A stretch of 64,000 nt of DNA. Source: Mobula hypostoma. Its lineage: Eukaryota. Location of the stretch: contig NC_086097.1 of assembly GCF_963921235.1 (NCBI RefSeq), forward strand, positions 56,670,001 to 56,734,000. The letters run 5' to 3'. Numbering within the stretch: position 1 is the first letter of the stretch; each line of letters opens with the position of its first letter. Below the pieces are notes generated by a model. That model had not been told where the DNA came from. It did no database searches and saw only the letters and a program-made list of their open reading frames with translations. Made by a program: the position numbers and the translations under genes. Positions 37,655-49,500 of the stretch are shown here, piece by piece.

Positions 37655-38839
37655 CAGCGGTCCCCAACCACCGGGCCGCGGGCCGCGGGCCGCAAAGCAT
37701 GCGCTACTGGGCCGTGAGGAAGCGATATGATTTGGCGATAAGAGTCAGCTGCACCTTTCCTCATTCTTTGTCATGCCCACTGTTGAGCCATTACGCACGC
37801 GAGGTCATTACACGCGCGTCATCCATGTCAGCGCGGGAAGGAGATCAACTCCTCAAGCTTGCAAATGACAGCGGGCTGGAAAGTATGTTTGACATAACAT
37901 CTCTGCCGGCATTCTGGATCAAAGTCAAGGCTAAAAATCCTGAGATAGCCACGAAAGCACTGAAAACGTTGCTTCCATTTCCAACATATCTCTGCAATGA
38001 ATGCAACGAAAACTAAATTGCGGAATAGATTGGACATAAGGAACCCCCTTCGAGTATCGCTGTCTCCCAGCATCCCTCGATCGGACCGTCTTGTTGCAAG
38101 AAAACAAGCTCAGGGCTCCCACTGATTCAGCGATATTGGTGTGTTGCAATGATTTTATATGTTCATACGGGGAAAATATGCACTTCATGTTTAATATCCA
38201 AACGTTACTTAAAATGTTATGATGCTACTGACTTATATAACCATTTAACAATTACAGCATGGAAACAGGCCATCTCGGCCCTTCTAGTCCGTGCCGAACG
38301 CTACTCACACCTAGTCCCACCAACCTGCACTCAGCCCATAACCCACCATTTCTTTCCTGTCCGTATACCTATCCAACTTTTCTTTAAATGATAATATCGA
38401 ACCTGCCTCTACCACTTCTACTGGAAATTCGTTCAAAACTTACTTCAAGCTCCCCTGACAATTGACTTATCACTATATTCATACGAGGAAAATATGCGCT
38501 GTGTGTTTAATATTAAATTTGTTAGATAAACCCTTTTAGAAAGGAAATTGAGTGTATTAGCCACTTAACACCGATATTCCAGTCGTGATTAAGATCCCCC
38601 GAACAGAATCGCCAAAAACGATTTGTAGAAAAAACCGTACACGCATGTGCGCTGGTGCCCGCGCAAGGCTTCATGGTCATTGTAGTCTTTCTCGGGGTAA
38701 ACCCAGTGTATTTGACTGCTACTCTCGTCCGTTGGCAATCCTACCACCCCCCCCCCCACCCCCGCCCCGGTCGGCCGGTCCTCAAGAATATTGTCAATAT
38801 GAAACCGGTCCGCAGTGCGAAAAAGGTTGGGAACCCCTG
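37655..38839 (+). mobile_element. Non-autonomous hAT (Charlie-type) element with transposase C-terminal remnant and a captured CR1 tail
   Basis: TIRs cagcggtccccaacc / ggttgggaacccctg. 8-bp TSD atctacaa (37647-37654) / atctgcaa (38840-38847). Encodes LPAFWIKVKAKNPEIATKALKTLLPFPTYLC and KTKLRNRLDI...KQAQGSH*. Confidence 0.92.
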
Positions 38840-39048
38840 ATCTGCAACAATCTGCTGCAAAGTGAATTTGGAAGCCGTTCGGATTGGGCATGATCTACAA
38901 CAATCTGCTGCAATGTGAATTTGGAAGCCGTTCGGATTGGGCATGATCTACAACAATCTGCTGCAATGTGAATTTGGAAGCCGTTCGGATTGGGCATGAT
39001 CTACAATCTGCTGCAATGTGAACTTGGAAGCAGTTCGGATGGGGCATG
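38840..39048. repeat. Tandem repeat, 53-bp unit x4 (last unit 50 bp)
   Basis: Unit atctacaacaatctgctgcaatgtgaatttggaagccgttcggattgggcatg starts at 38840, 38893, 38946 and 38999. Confidence 0.97.
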
Positions 39049-39813
39049 AAGCCCCAGAACTGTCTCACATTACACTGCAGCCTGCTGGAATCTTACCAAG
39101 TGTTGTCAAAAACGTGGTCAAAACCTGCATAAAGAAAACTTTTCCTTGCATCTTTGCAGGCTTTGCATAACCTGATAATGCACGAAGTATGACACACTGA
39201 TAGACTAGTGTTCCATTCTCTTTCGGTGAACATGAAATCCACAATAAAAATTCCTGAAAACAAGACAAAATGTGGGCATGGATTCCATATCTGAAGGACC
39301 TGGTTTATATAATTCATTGACTGTGGCAGAAACTTATATTCACATCAATATTTTAGCGTGTCATTATCTCTGGTCACCGCATGAAGCGGGTGTCAGTCTC
39401 CCCTGTGAGCATCTCCAGTGATAGCTGCAGCATACACAACTGGGCTGATCAAGACGAGATAGTCTTCCAATTGGTCACTGCTCACAGAGACATTTAAAGA
39501 CAATTCATGAAGCATAATAACATAATACATGTAAATAACAACACTTTAATGCCTTAGGACTGAAAACGCAAAGGCAAGGAGAAAATAAGTAGATCACCAG
39601 CTGTTTTAAGCAACCCATATAACTAATGTGAAACAGAGAGACCAGATGGAAAGTGAATCTGGTTCATCAGCTCACTATAACAGTGCTCCATCACTGGATT
39701 CAGGGATGAGTCCAATAATGCAGAGGGAGGTTGGACCTGGCCTCTATATCACCTCTAATTTTCCTAGGTGGCCAGCAGCTGTCTACGGAACCACCTACAA
39801 GAGGTGGATATGA

Positions 39814-40023
39814 AGCAACACACACAAAATGCTGGAGAGACTCAGCAAGCCAGGCATCATCTATGAAAAGGAGTAAACAATCGACGTTCAGGCCGAGACC
39901 CTTCATCAGCCTGAAACATCAACTGTTTACTCTTTTCCATAGATGCTGCCTAGCCTACTGAGTTCCTCCAGCATTTTGTGTGTGTTGCTTTGGATTTCCA
40001 GCATCTGCAGATTTTCTTGTGTT
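39814..40023. mobile_element. Fold-back cassette of two inverted Penelope termini with 14-bp TSD
   Basis: Arms agcaacacacacaaaatgctgg... / ...ccagcattttgtgtgtgttgct. Flanks agaggtggatatga (39800-39813) and agagatggatatga (40024-40037). Confidence 0.88.
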
Positions 40024-40250
40024 AGAGATGGATATGATCCAGCCCATACAGAAAAAATATTCGAAGTGTCAGTGAAGTCATACTTCATAAAAAAGGTGGG
40101 TAGCTCTAGTCGTATCTCAATGTCGGGATATCACTGTAGAAGTTCTTCCTTAGCACAAACAACTTCCAATTATCACATGGCCAAAAATGAAATGCTTGAC
40201 GATGACTGGTAGTATTCAATTTCATTTAAAACTGCTCAGTATGTGAAGCT

Positions 40251-40310
40251 GCCCATGTTTGAATGTGGCAAGACTTAGTTAGTTAAGTCTTGCCATATTC
40301 CAGCATGGGC
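40251..40310. repeat. Hairpin, 27-bp stem and 6-nt loop
   Basis: gcccatgtttgaatgtggcaagactta-gttagt-taagtcttgccatattccagcatgggc. As plus-strand RNA this gives 24 Watson-Crick pairs, 2 G-U pairs and 1 mismatch. Confidence 0.9.
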
Positions 40311-41052
40311 TGATACACAACTGGTTAGATTTGTTCCACAAAGGCTATGACCTTCTCCAACAAGAGGGATCATCTATGTTTGACATTCAATGGCTTTACC
40401 ATCACTAAGTACAACCACTCCCCCCTCCACCCATATCAACATCTAAAGAGACTAATTTTAACAGGACTAACCACACGAATACAGTAGCAACAACAGCATG
40501 TTAGAGGCTGGGGGGGATTTCACTGGAGACTGATGCCCCTAGGTATCACATAGCCATCTCCAAACACAAGGCACAAATCAGAAAGTCCACTTGCCTGGAT
40601 AGGTACAGTTCCGACAACCCTCAAGGAGCTTGGCATCATCTGAGACAAAGCAGCCAACTTGATTGGCACCTCATCCACATCACAATATTTCATCCCTCTC
40701 CATTGATACACTGTGACAGCTGTGTATGCCATCTAGAAAATGCACTGCAGTTACCTTCCCAGGCTACTCTGACGGCACCTCCAAAAATAGCAGCAACCAT
40801 CACCACAGTTAGGGGCAGTAGATGCGTGGGAACATCACCCCTGCTGGTTGTCCTTCATGGTGACACTCCTTCCTGCTTTGGAGACATATTGGCACTGCTT
40901 TGTTGTTGCTAGCTGTAAAGCTCTCGAACCGTGGGAGTCATGAGCACCTTCAGCAGAAGAGTTCTAGATTTGGTTCTAGAAGGTCATTCCCCAGCATCTT
41001 CAGAACTGCTGTTGGGCAATCAATACGGGCCATGTTACTGACACCAAGATCT
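40295..41052 (+). mobile_element. Old CR1/L2-group LINE 3' fragment
   Basis: tgggctgata, atgaccttctccaacaagag, ccacttgcctggat and caaagcagccaacttgattggcacc. Tail gggcaatcaatacgggcc resembles the SINE remnant tail near 31410. Confidence 0.6.
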
Positions 41053-41779
41053 GCACACATATGGACTTTTTAAAAATATAGAGGTCTAACTGAAAGGTGT
41101 TTCTGCAAGCCTGGTTTATCCAGGGGAAGCTTCTGTTAGCTGGCCTCAATTAGCAACACACTGAATTATTCTGCAATCGGCATTCATTAAAGTTTGCATT
41201 TTTATTACCTGTTCACTGTTAATGAGCCACTATGTTTAATTATACCATTTACCAGCAAACAGCTAAATGCTGAAGGTTAATGTTTTTGCTTTACTGCAAT
41301 ATAGCTAAGATTAACCATTTGGAAAACAAATCATTAGTTTTTGACAGATTAATACAAAGCCAGATGTGTTTGTGCCTCAATGGGCCTGTCTCATCTAATT
41401 CTCCACAATCACCATAGCTAATCACCAACTCACATCAGAATGGTACCCTGCAACCTCACCATATGGCCCCTGTACATCACTGACTTCACCTTCAGCGCCT
41501 CTGGTCCAAATCCCCTTGATTCACATACCAGAGGAATATCACTGGTGACAAAGTGATCATAGACCATTTGGTACCAAACCGCTTGGAAAACATATTGGAG
41601 GATGGATCTCTCTAAAGGGTCCAATATCCAATATAGGTGAGGGAGTAGGGAGCTTTGCCTGTCAGCCCTAAGTTCCCCCATCACAACCCTCACCTCCCCA
41701 TCCTACGTGACTTAAAATGAGTTATCTCAGAATCGGAGGGGTCTTCAGTGGAAACATTCTGCTGAGGGAACATTACAGA

Positions 41780-41992
41780 TTCAGAGAAAATGACACAACA
41801 CAGAGAGAGGTCCTTCAGCCTAACGCATCGCCACGGACGGATCAATACCATGCTAACCAAAGTTAGTCCCATTTATCTGCATTTGGCTCATGATTTCCTA
41901 CACTTTTCTTATCCGTGAACCTGTTTATATATCTTTTAACTGTTGTAACTGTTCCAATCTCTACCAGTTCCTCTGGTAGCTCATTCAATATA
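41780..41992 (-). mobile_element. CR1 3' tail
   Basis: Reverse-complement tail: acacagagagaggtccttcagcc...ctctaccagttcctctggtagctcattc. Confidence 0.75.
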
Positions 41993-43027
41993 GGCATAGA
42001 GGCGTAGATTGACTGGATAACCAGAGACTTTTTCCCAGGCAGAAATGGCTAATACAAGGGGGCATAATTTTAATGTGACTGGAGGAAAGTATGGGGGAAT
42101 GTCAGAGATAAATTCTTTACATAGAGACTGGTGGGAGTGTGAAATGCCTTGTCAGTGTTGGTGGTAGAGTCAGATACATTAGGGGCATTGTTTCCATCCA
42201 GGGGGTCAGTGTGATCATGGTGGAGGATTACAAATACCTGGGGATACGAATTGACAATAAACTGGACTGGTCAAAGAACACTGAGGCTGTCTACAAGAAG
42301 GGTCAGAGCCATCTCTATTTCCTGAGGAGACTGAGGTCCTTTAACATCTGCCAGATGATGCTGAGGGTGTTCTACGAGTCTGTGGTGTCCAGTGCTATCA
42401 TGTTTGCTGTTGTGTGCTGGGGCAACAGGCTGAGGGTAGCAGACACCAACAGAATCAACAAACTCATTCGTAAGGCCAGTGATGTTGTAGGGATGGAACT
42501 GGACTCTCTGACGGTGGTGTCTGAAAAGAGGATGCTGTCTAAGTTGCATGCCATCTTGGTCAATGTCTCCCATCCACTACATAATGTACTGGGTGGGCAC
42601 AGGAGTACATTCAGCCAGAGACTCATTCCACCGAGATGCAGCACAGAGCGTCATAGGAAGTCATTCCTGCCTGTGGCCATCAAACTTTACAACTCCTCCC
42701 TTGGAGGGTCAGACACCCTGAGCCAATAGGCTGGTCCTGGACTTATTTCATAATTCACTGGCATAATTTACATATTACTATTTAACTATTTATGGTTCTA
42801 TTACTATTTATTATTTATGGTGCAACTGTAACGAAAACCAGTTTCCCCCGGGATCAATAAAGTATGACTATGACTATGATTTAAGAAACTGTTTGACAGG
42901 CACTTGGATGATAGGAAAACAGAGGGCTATGTAGGAGGGAAGGGTTAGATTGATCTTGGAGTAGGTTAGAAGGTCAGCACAACATTGTGAGCCGAAGGAC
43001 CTGTACTGTGCTGTAATGTTCTATGTA
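41993..43027 (+). mobile_element. CR1 3' fragment interrupted by Rex1
   Basis: ccagagactttttcccagg...gatacattaggggcatt, then Rex1, then taagaaactgtttgacaggcacttggatg...gtaatgttctatg. Confidence 0.85.
42190..42878 (+). mobile_element. Relatively young Rex1/Babar 3' fragment
   Basis: Uninterrupted frame YKYLGIRIDNKLDWSKN...LYFLRRLRSF...SHPLH...RKSFLPVAIKLYN. Tail gggatcaataaagtatgactatgactatg. Confidence 0.92.
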
Positions 43028-43059
43028 CCATGTGGTTTCGTTAAAGTCTTTCCCCTCTC

Positions 43060-43402
43060 TACACTCAGTGACCACTTCATTAGCTGCTTCCTGATACTTC
43101 ATGATCTTCTGCTGCTGTAGTCCTTCCACTCCAAGGCTCAATGTGTTCTGCATTCAGAGATGCTCCTCTGTACACCATTGTTGTAGCATGTGGGTATTTG
43201 AGTTACTGTCGCTTGCATGTCAGCTTGAAACAGTCTGGCCATTCTCCTCAGATCTCTCTCATTAACAAGCTATTTTCACCCACAGAACTGCTGTTCACTG
43301 GATTTTTTTTTTTTGCGTTTTTGCACCATTCTCTGTAAGCCCTAGAGACCGCTGTGTGTGAAATTCCCAGATCAGCTTTTTCTGAGACACTCAAACCCAG
43401 CA
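43060..43402 (+). mobile_element. Tc1-type non-autonomous element, left part
   Basis: Begins ta-cactcagtgaccacttcattag, approximately the reverse complement of the terminus at 58077-58100. Its internal sequence matches 57710-57890. Confidence 0.78.
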
Positions 43403-44330
43403 TCTCTCTATAACTCAAGCCCTCCAGTCCAGGCGACATCCTTGTGAACCTTTTCTGCCCCTATCCCAGCTTAATAACGTCCTTCCTATAGTATAGCAAC
43501 CAGAACTGCACTCAATATTCCAGGTGTACAACACCTCTTCAACATCTAATACAGCATCCTTTTAACATAATGTACTATGACATCCTTCTTACCTGTGTCA
43601 CCACTTTCAGAGAACTATGTACGTGTACTCCCAAGTCTCTCTGGTCTACAACATTCCACAAGGTCTTGTCATTCCTTGTCTGTGTCCTGCCTGGGTTAAC
43701 TTCACAAAATGCATCACTTCACCCTCGTCTGAGTTAAATTTCGTCTGCCATTCCTTTGCCTACTTTCCCAGTTAATCTACCAAAGATCCCATCAACTCTA
43801 TTTCCACAACCTATGGACTCAATTTCAAGGACTCTACAACTCATGTTGTGTGTTATTTATTTACTTTTTTATTTATTATTTTCAGTTGCACAGTTTGTCT
43901 TCTTTTGCACATTGTTTGTTTGTCCGTCTTTGTGTGTAGTTTTTATTCCACCTGTTCTATTGTGAATGCCTCCAAGAAAATTAATCTCACGGTAGTTATA
44001 CATATTTTGATAAAAAATTTACTCTGAACTTTGTAACTTTAGACAGCCTTCTTCACTGCCACCACACCACCAGTTTTGGTGTCACCCAGACTTGCTGATT
44101 ATGGTACCTATCGTCTCATCCAAACCATTGACATACATATGGCCAACAGGGGAGGGATCCAGCACTGATCTCTATGGCATACCACTTGTCACAGGCCTCC
44201 AATCTGAATAACATCCCTGCACTACCTCACTCTGACTCCTACCAGCAAGTCAGTTTTGTATCTAATTGGGTAGATCACCCTAGATCCCATGTGATCTCAC
44301 TTTCCAGACCAGCTTACTACTGCAGTACCC
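43403..44330 (-). mobile_element. CR1 RT fragment carrying a nested plus-strand Rex1 tail (about 43790-44032)
   Basis: Reverse-complement CR1 motifs ccagaactgcactcaatattcc, aaatgcatcacttca, ttttggtgtcaccc and gggatccagcactgatc. The nested piece matches 33725-33965. Confidence 0.75.
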
Positions 44331-44559
44331 GAATAATTGCAGTCTACCAACCTGGAAAAGACCCATTTCTTCCAACTTATTGTTTTTGGTCTACTAAACA
44401 ATTATCAGTCCACAGTCCAAAATATCACACCCATTCCACCTGCTCCAATCTTGGTACCTTATCCAGAACATTTTGAAATCAAACTGCAGAACATGCCGAG
44501 TTTCCCTTGTCAACTCTACCATTCAATAAAGTCTTTGTCTCAACAATGCTTTCCTGCTC

Positions 44560-45020
44560 ATTCCCCTCATCCCTCCATTCCTGTCAATCTCCACCTTTTA
44601 TTTATTCAATGACTCCACCTGATTTATAATCCTCAGAGAAGAAATTACACTAATTTTTATCTTGAAGGCTGACTCATTATTCTAAAGTCTGTCCCTAGTT
44701 ATAAATATTCAGACTAGAGGAAGCATTTCCTCAGCATTTCTCCTGACTCAGAAACTTGTATGGTTCAATAAGATTACCTTTATCTCTTCTAAATTTAAGT
44801 ATAGCCACAATCTGCTCAACTCCACCTCAAACAACACCCCTATCATTCTGTAATCAAACCAGTGAACCTCTGCACTGTCTCCAGTGCACATCTTTCCTTA
44901 AATAAAGAAGACCAGAACTGAACACCTGGCATCCAGTGTGCTCTGACTGGTATGCCACAGAGTTGCCCCAGAGCTTCCCTACTTTCACACTCCATGCTTC
45001 TCACAATAGAGGGCATTGCA
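44560..45020 (-). mobile_element. Old CR1 3' remnant
   Basis: The minus frame reads GVQFWSSLFKE...LETVQRFTGLI (ORF 44843-45073). Confidence 0.7.
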
Positions 45021-45074
45021 CTGTAGCACTGGGCATTGGTCCTGAGGAAGCCCAGCAGAGAGGGAGAGGTCATA

Positions 45075-45196
45075 CCTAGGGAGTGTCACACATTGGGAGG
45101 GGCAGTACTGTGAGAGTACCACATTGTAGGAAAGTCCGTACTGAGGGAGTGTCACACTGTGGAAGAGACGGTAATGAGGGAATGTTAACTATGGGA
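45075..45196 (+). repeat. Degenerate ~33-bp tandem repeat related to the Deu-SINE core
   Basis: About four units of gtactgagggagtgtcacactgtggRagrgRcR. Confidence 0.6.
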
Positions 45197-45861
45197 TGTA
45201 ATGACTCTAATGATTAATAAGAAAGTTTGAAAAACATTCAAGGAACAAAAACTTTCAGGAAAAGTTTATAGTTCCAGTGTATTTTATATTTATAAATTGT
45301 CAGGTACGAAGCGGCTTAATGGGCTCCGCAGAGCACAAAGCAAATTAACTCAAAACAATCACAATTTGATCTCCAGTCAAGCATTCTTGCGTCTTCCATT
45401 AAAGTTAAATCAATGCTTCAATATAGCACTCAATTATTTTGTAGTTATATATCTGATTTTGCTAATTTTATGCATTTTAAAAATTGTTACACTAGCAACG
45501 AACCATCATGTTTAATTATAACACTTTGCCAACAAACAACTAAATATTTGAAGGTTAATAACTTTGCTTTAGTACAACACTGGTAAGATCAGCCAGCTGG
45601 AAAAAGCCATTTAGTTTCTTTTGGACTATGAAATAGGCTCTTAAGCATCAATTGTCCACATGTAATTATGCATTTGACTCATTAATAAGTATAAAATGTA
45701 CTAATAATTAATAATGATTTTATGAGATCTCACATAATGTCAAAAAGGGCCTATTTTTCAAAAATAATCTCAGGTGGCAATGAGGAGGCTTACAGGAGTG
45801 TGACTGATTCATTGGACGATTGAGTAGCTTCACAACAACAACCCTGCACTCAATGACAGCA

Positions 45862-46558
45862 AAATTAAGGAATTGTTTGTGGCTTTCAAAGAAGGGGAAA
45901 CGTGGAGAACACACACCGTCCTCATTACAACGTCAGCAGTGGAAAGGGTGAGCAACTTCAAGTTCCCGGGGCATCAACATCTCAGAGGATTTATCTTGGG
46001 TCCAACACATTGATGCAATCATGAGAAAGGCACGCCAGCAGCTCTACTTTGTTAGGAGTTTGAGGAGATTTGGTATGTCATCAAAAAATCTCACTAATTT
46101 CTATAGATGTACACTGGAGAGCATCCTGACTGGGTTGCATCACAGACTAGTAATGAAGCCTCCAATGCACAGGATCACAAGAGGCTGCAGAGGGTTGTAA
46201 ACCCAAGCCAGTTCTTTCCTGGGCACAATACTCGCCACCATCAAGGAAATTGTCAGGAGGCAGAGTCTCAAAGAAAGGAGCATCCATCATGAAAGAACCT
46301 CACTATTTAGGACAGGCCCTCTTCCCATAGAAAGGAGGCACAGGAGCCTGAAGACTCAACAATTTAGGAACAGTGTTTTCCTGTCCGCTATCAGATTTAT
46401 GAATGGTCCATGGACATATGAATACTATGTAATTATTCATTTTTTGCATTATTTATTATTTTGTAATTTATAGATTTTATGTCTTTGCAGTGTTCTGCTG
46501 CCACAAGACAATAAGTTTCATGTCATATGTCAGTGGTAATAAATCTGATTCTGATTCT
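45862..46558 (+). mobile_element. Rex1/Babar 3' fragment
   Basis: gtggaaagggtgagcaacttcaagttcc and ctctactttgttaggagtttgaggagatttggtatgtc. Tail aataaatctgattctgattc. Confidence 0.88.
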
Positions 46559-49500
46559 ATCAAGAACAGTTGTTGGAAAGCCTTCAGATGCTTATTTAGT
46601 TTGAAGGGAATTGGCTACTGTCAACTTTCTCAAAGTATTTACAGAACCTCATTGTGAACCCACACGGCATAAACCATTTCATTACTTGAACAGTGTAAGG
46701 GACCAAACACAGTGGAATCACCAGCAGACAACACCACTTCTGGTATGATGGTAGACGGATGCTCAGTAATACCCTGCAACCAAAAACCACAATCATTCTC
46801 CTTTGTGCAATGTAAATAAACAAATTTCTCCTTAATTCCCAATCTACCAATGCTCCTTGATGGCACACTTCATGAAATCTTGCACTGATGTTGACGGCAG
46901 TCTTGTTCAACCTTTGGAATATAGCTTTTACGTCAAGTTTGTCGATGACTGCAAGAGACACAGAGCTGAGTAATTTGGTAAAATTCAAATAAATTATTGA
47001 TGACAATATAAATGGACAGTAAAAATGGCGTCTGGGGTTTACCTTCAGAACAAACATACTCTTTCTAACAAGCTGACATTAACAGGGGAGTTACTCATTC
47101 TGGAACACGTACTCTCCGATTCAAAATTTTATTCAAATTCTTATACTATTTCTTACCTATTTTTCCACCCACTATCTCTGGCTTGCATGCGCTCTGTGCA
47201 TACATAGAGTGAGGTAAGCCTTTCGTCATGTCAAGCTTCAGGACTCACTTCCTATGTGAATTGTGTGCATTTCTGGTTTTACCTAATAAGTACAATGGCA
47301 AGCTTCCATCCTGGAGTTTTATGAAGGTGCTAGGCCAGTAGCCAAGCATGAGTTCACTATAGTTCATTTTAGCTGACGGTTTGTGGCTCGAGCCAGTTGA
47401 GGCTCTCAGACTTGCACTGCCTGTTATCAGCCCTATAGGAGTTCACTTTAACTCACTACTACATGTTCATCCCCTGATCTCTCTCTGCTGTGCTACAGAA
47501 CCAAGAATTCACTATCCCTGCTATGAACTTACTATGCCCTCCTACAACAGCATCGTCAATAAAATACTCATCCCGTGCTCATGGTTGCCAGTACACTGAC
47601 GAGGTGATAACCAGCTGGTCTGGATTTTTCCTGCTATTTGTCATACTTGGGATATTTGCCACATTGCTGGGTGGATGCTTTCGCTCGATGAGCCCAAGTT
47701 CTGAAACTCAGCACCTCATCTCAGATTTTGTCATATCCAGACCCTAAGCATTGCCACCTCAGCCCTACCTTGACATTTTTCACATGGTGAATACCTTAGG
47801 ACACCATTCAGTGCACTGAATTTATGTTGGTTCTCAGCACTTTCATCAATCATACAACTCTAATAATTTCCTTATAACCTATTCTCTCTCAGGGCCATCA
47901 ACTCCCCTCAGTTTACCTGCCAGAAATTTACAGTAACTAATTAATATGCTAACATCACATGCTAACATGGGCAGCTTTGATGATGGGAATTCAGAAGTCA
48001 TGCACTCAACATTTCTGGCTGAAGGTGATTATAGATGTTTTAGTCCTGACTTTTGCATTCAGATGCTAAGCTCCAGTAACAGAGAATACCATGAACTTGT
48101 CTTTGAGTGTGCCTTAATTTTTGCATTTTTACAGTATTTTTTCACTTTCTAGTAGAATTGCTATATGACTTATATTGTATGTGTGTTGTCTGTACCAATG
48201 TACCAGTGATGTTGCTACTCACACATTTTACATTTTACTGTACTTAGTACATGACAAGAAGCTCAGTTGACTTGACTTGAAGTTAGTAATTTCAAAAGAA
48301 CTTCATCAAGTTTTCAATCAATTGTCCAGAACCAGGACAGAAGAGCTTGAGCATATCTGCTAATCGTCGTAGGGTGTTGCTCCTGCTGTTCAGTTTCCAT
48401 TTTGGCCTGCAGCATAGCTATATTAAGTTGGCAGTTCATTTCAGATACACTGGTCAATGTCCTATACCAAAGAAAACCAACCAAGGATAGCTAAGTGAAT
48501 CAATTACATTGGTGGAGCGAGAGATAAGATAGATGGTGGAACACAAGCCTTCCGATATTTATGGATCAGATAGTCTCACAGACATCCAGTTCTAAGCTGC
48601 CAGTTCTGTTCCAGATCTTTCCCATTTACCACAAACATACTGCCATGCAACACAGAGAATGGGAGATAGGATTTTGTCTCTCTCCTAGCATGTCATAAAG
48701 TAACTATGGGGAGAGTGGTAGATTTCTCTCATCTCCTGCCATAGGTCCAGACTGGCATTTGGCTCCCTCAGGGATCAGCCAGCCGGATTGGTGGTGATGT
48801 TAGCAAGGCCTTTATGATGATGGACACTGCAGACTTAATTGGTACCTTTGGCTGGCTCAGTGGCAATTGCTGTTCAACAGGGGAATACTAGTGGAGGAAA
48901 TCTATTTTTGATCCTACTCTAAGAGTTAATGGGATGATGCTGAGGACTGCCAGGGTTGTGCTTTTCCAAATGAATCCCAGTTTACTGTCTCTTCTGGAAG
49001 ATCTACCCTGTAAGTGGGACAGGACATACACGTGGGTAGTGATGAAACATGGCTGACAGAAGGGGACAATTCTGGAAGTACGATTACTTGAAACTGTTGC
49101 CTGACTCATCTGTGAATAGCTCTCTTGGTTTGACCTAAATAGCTAGAACATCAATGATTCAATAATTCAATGAGGGTGGTTGTCTTTTTGATATCCACAT
49201 GCAATGCCACGGGTTCTCCGCATTTTGATTCCAATTTGAGCTTTACATGGAAGAGTGAGTGGCCATAAAGACTACCAAAGCCAAGGAATAAAGAGTCTCA
49301 AACTTAAGGATAATATAATTCCAGGCACTTGGAACATTACCAGTTAGTACACAAATAGAATTGCATCCATTCATTTTTCTCATCCAGGACTCTACTGAAT
49401 GAGCCATTCACTTTATAAGCAAATAAGAAATGTCCACCCAAGAAATGGTTAATATGATTAGTTTGTACTAACCTGAATTAAATTTCTCCTCTGTTTTTAA

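Noticed and set aside
38840..39048. CRISPR-like array
   Set aside because: The units are contiguous near-identical copies with no unique spacers, there are no cas genes, and the context is eukaryotic.
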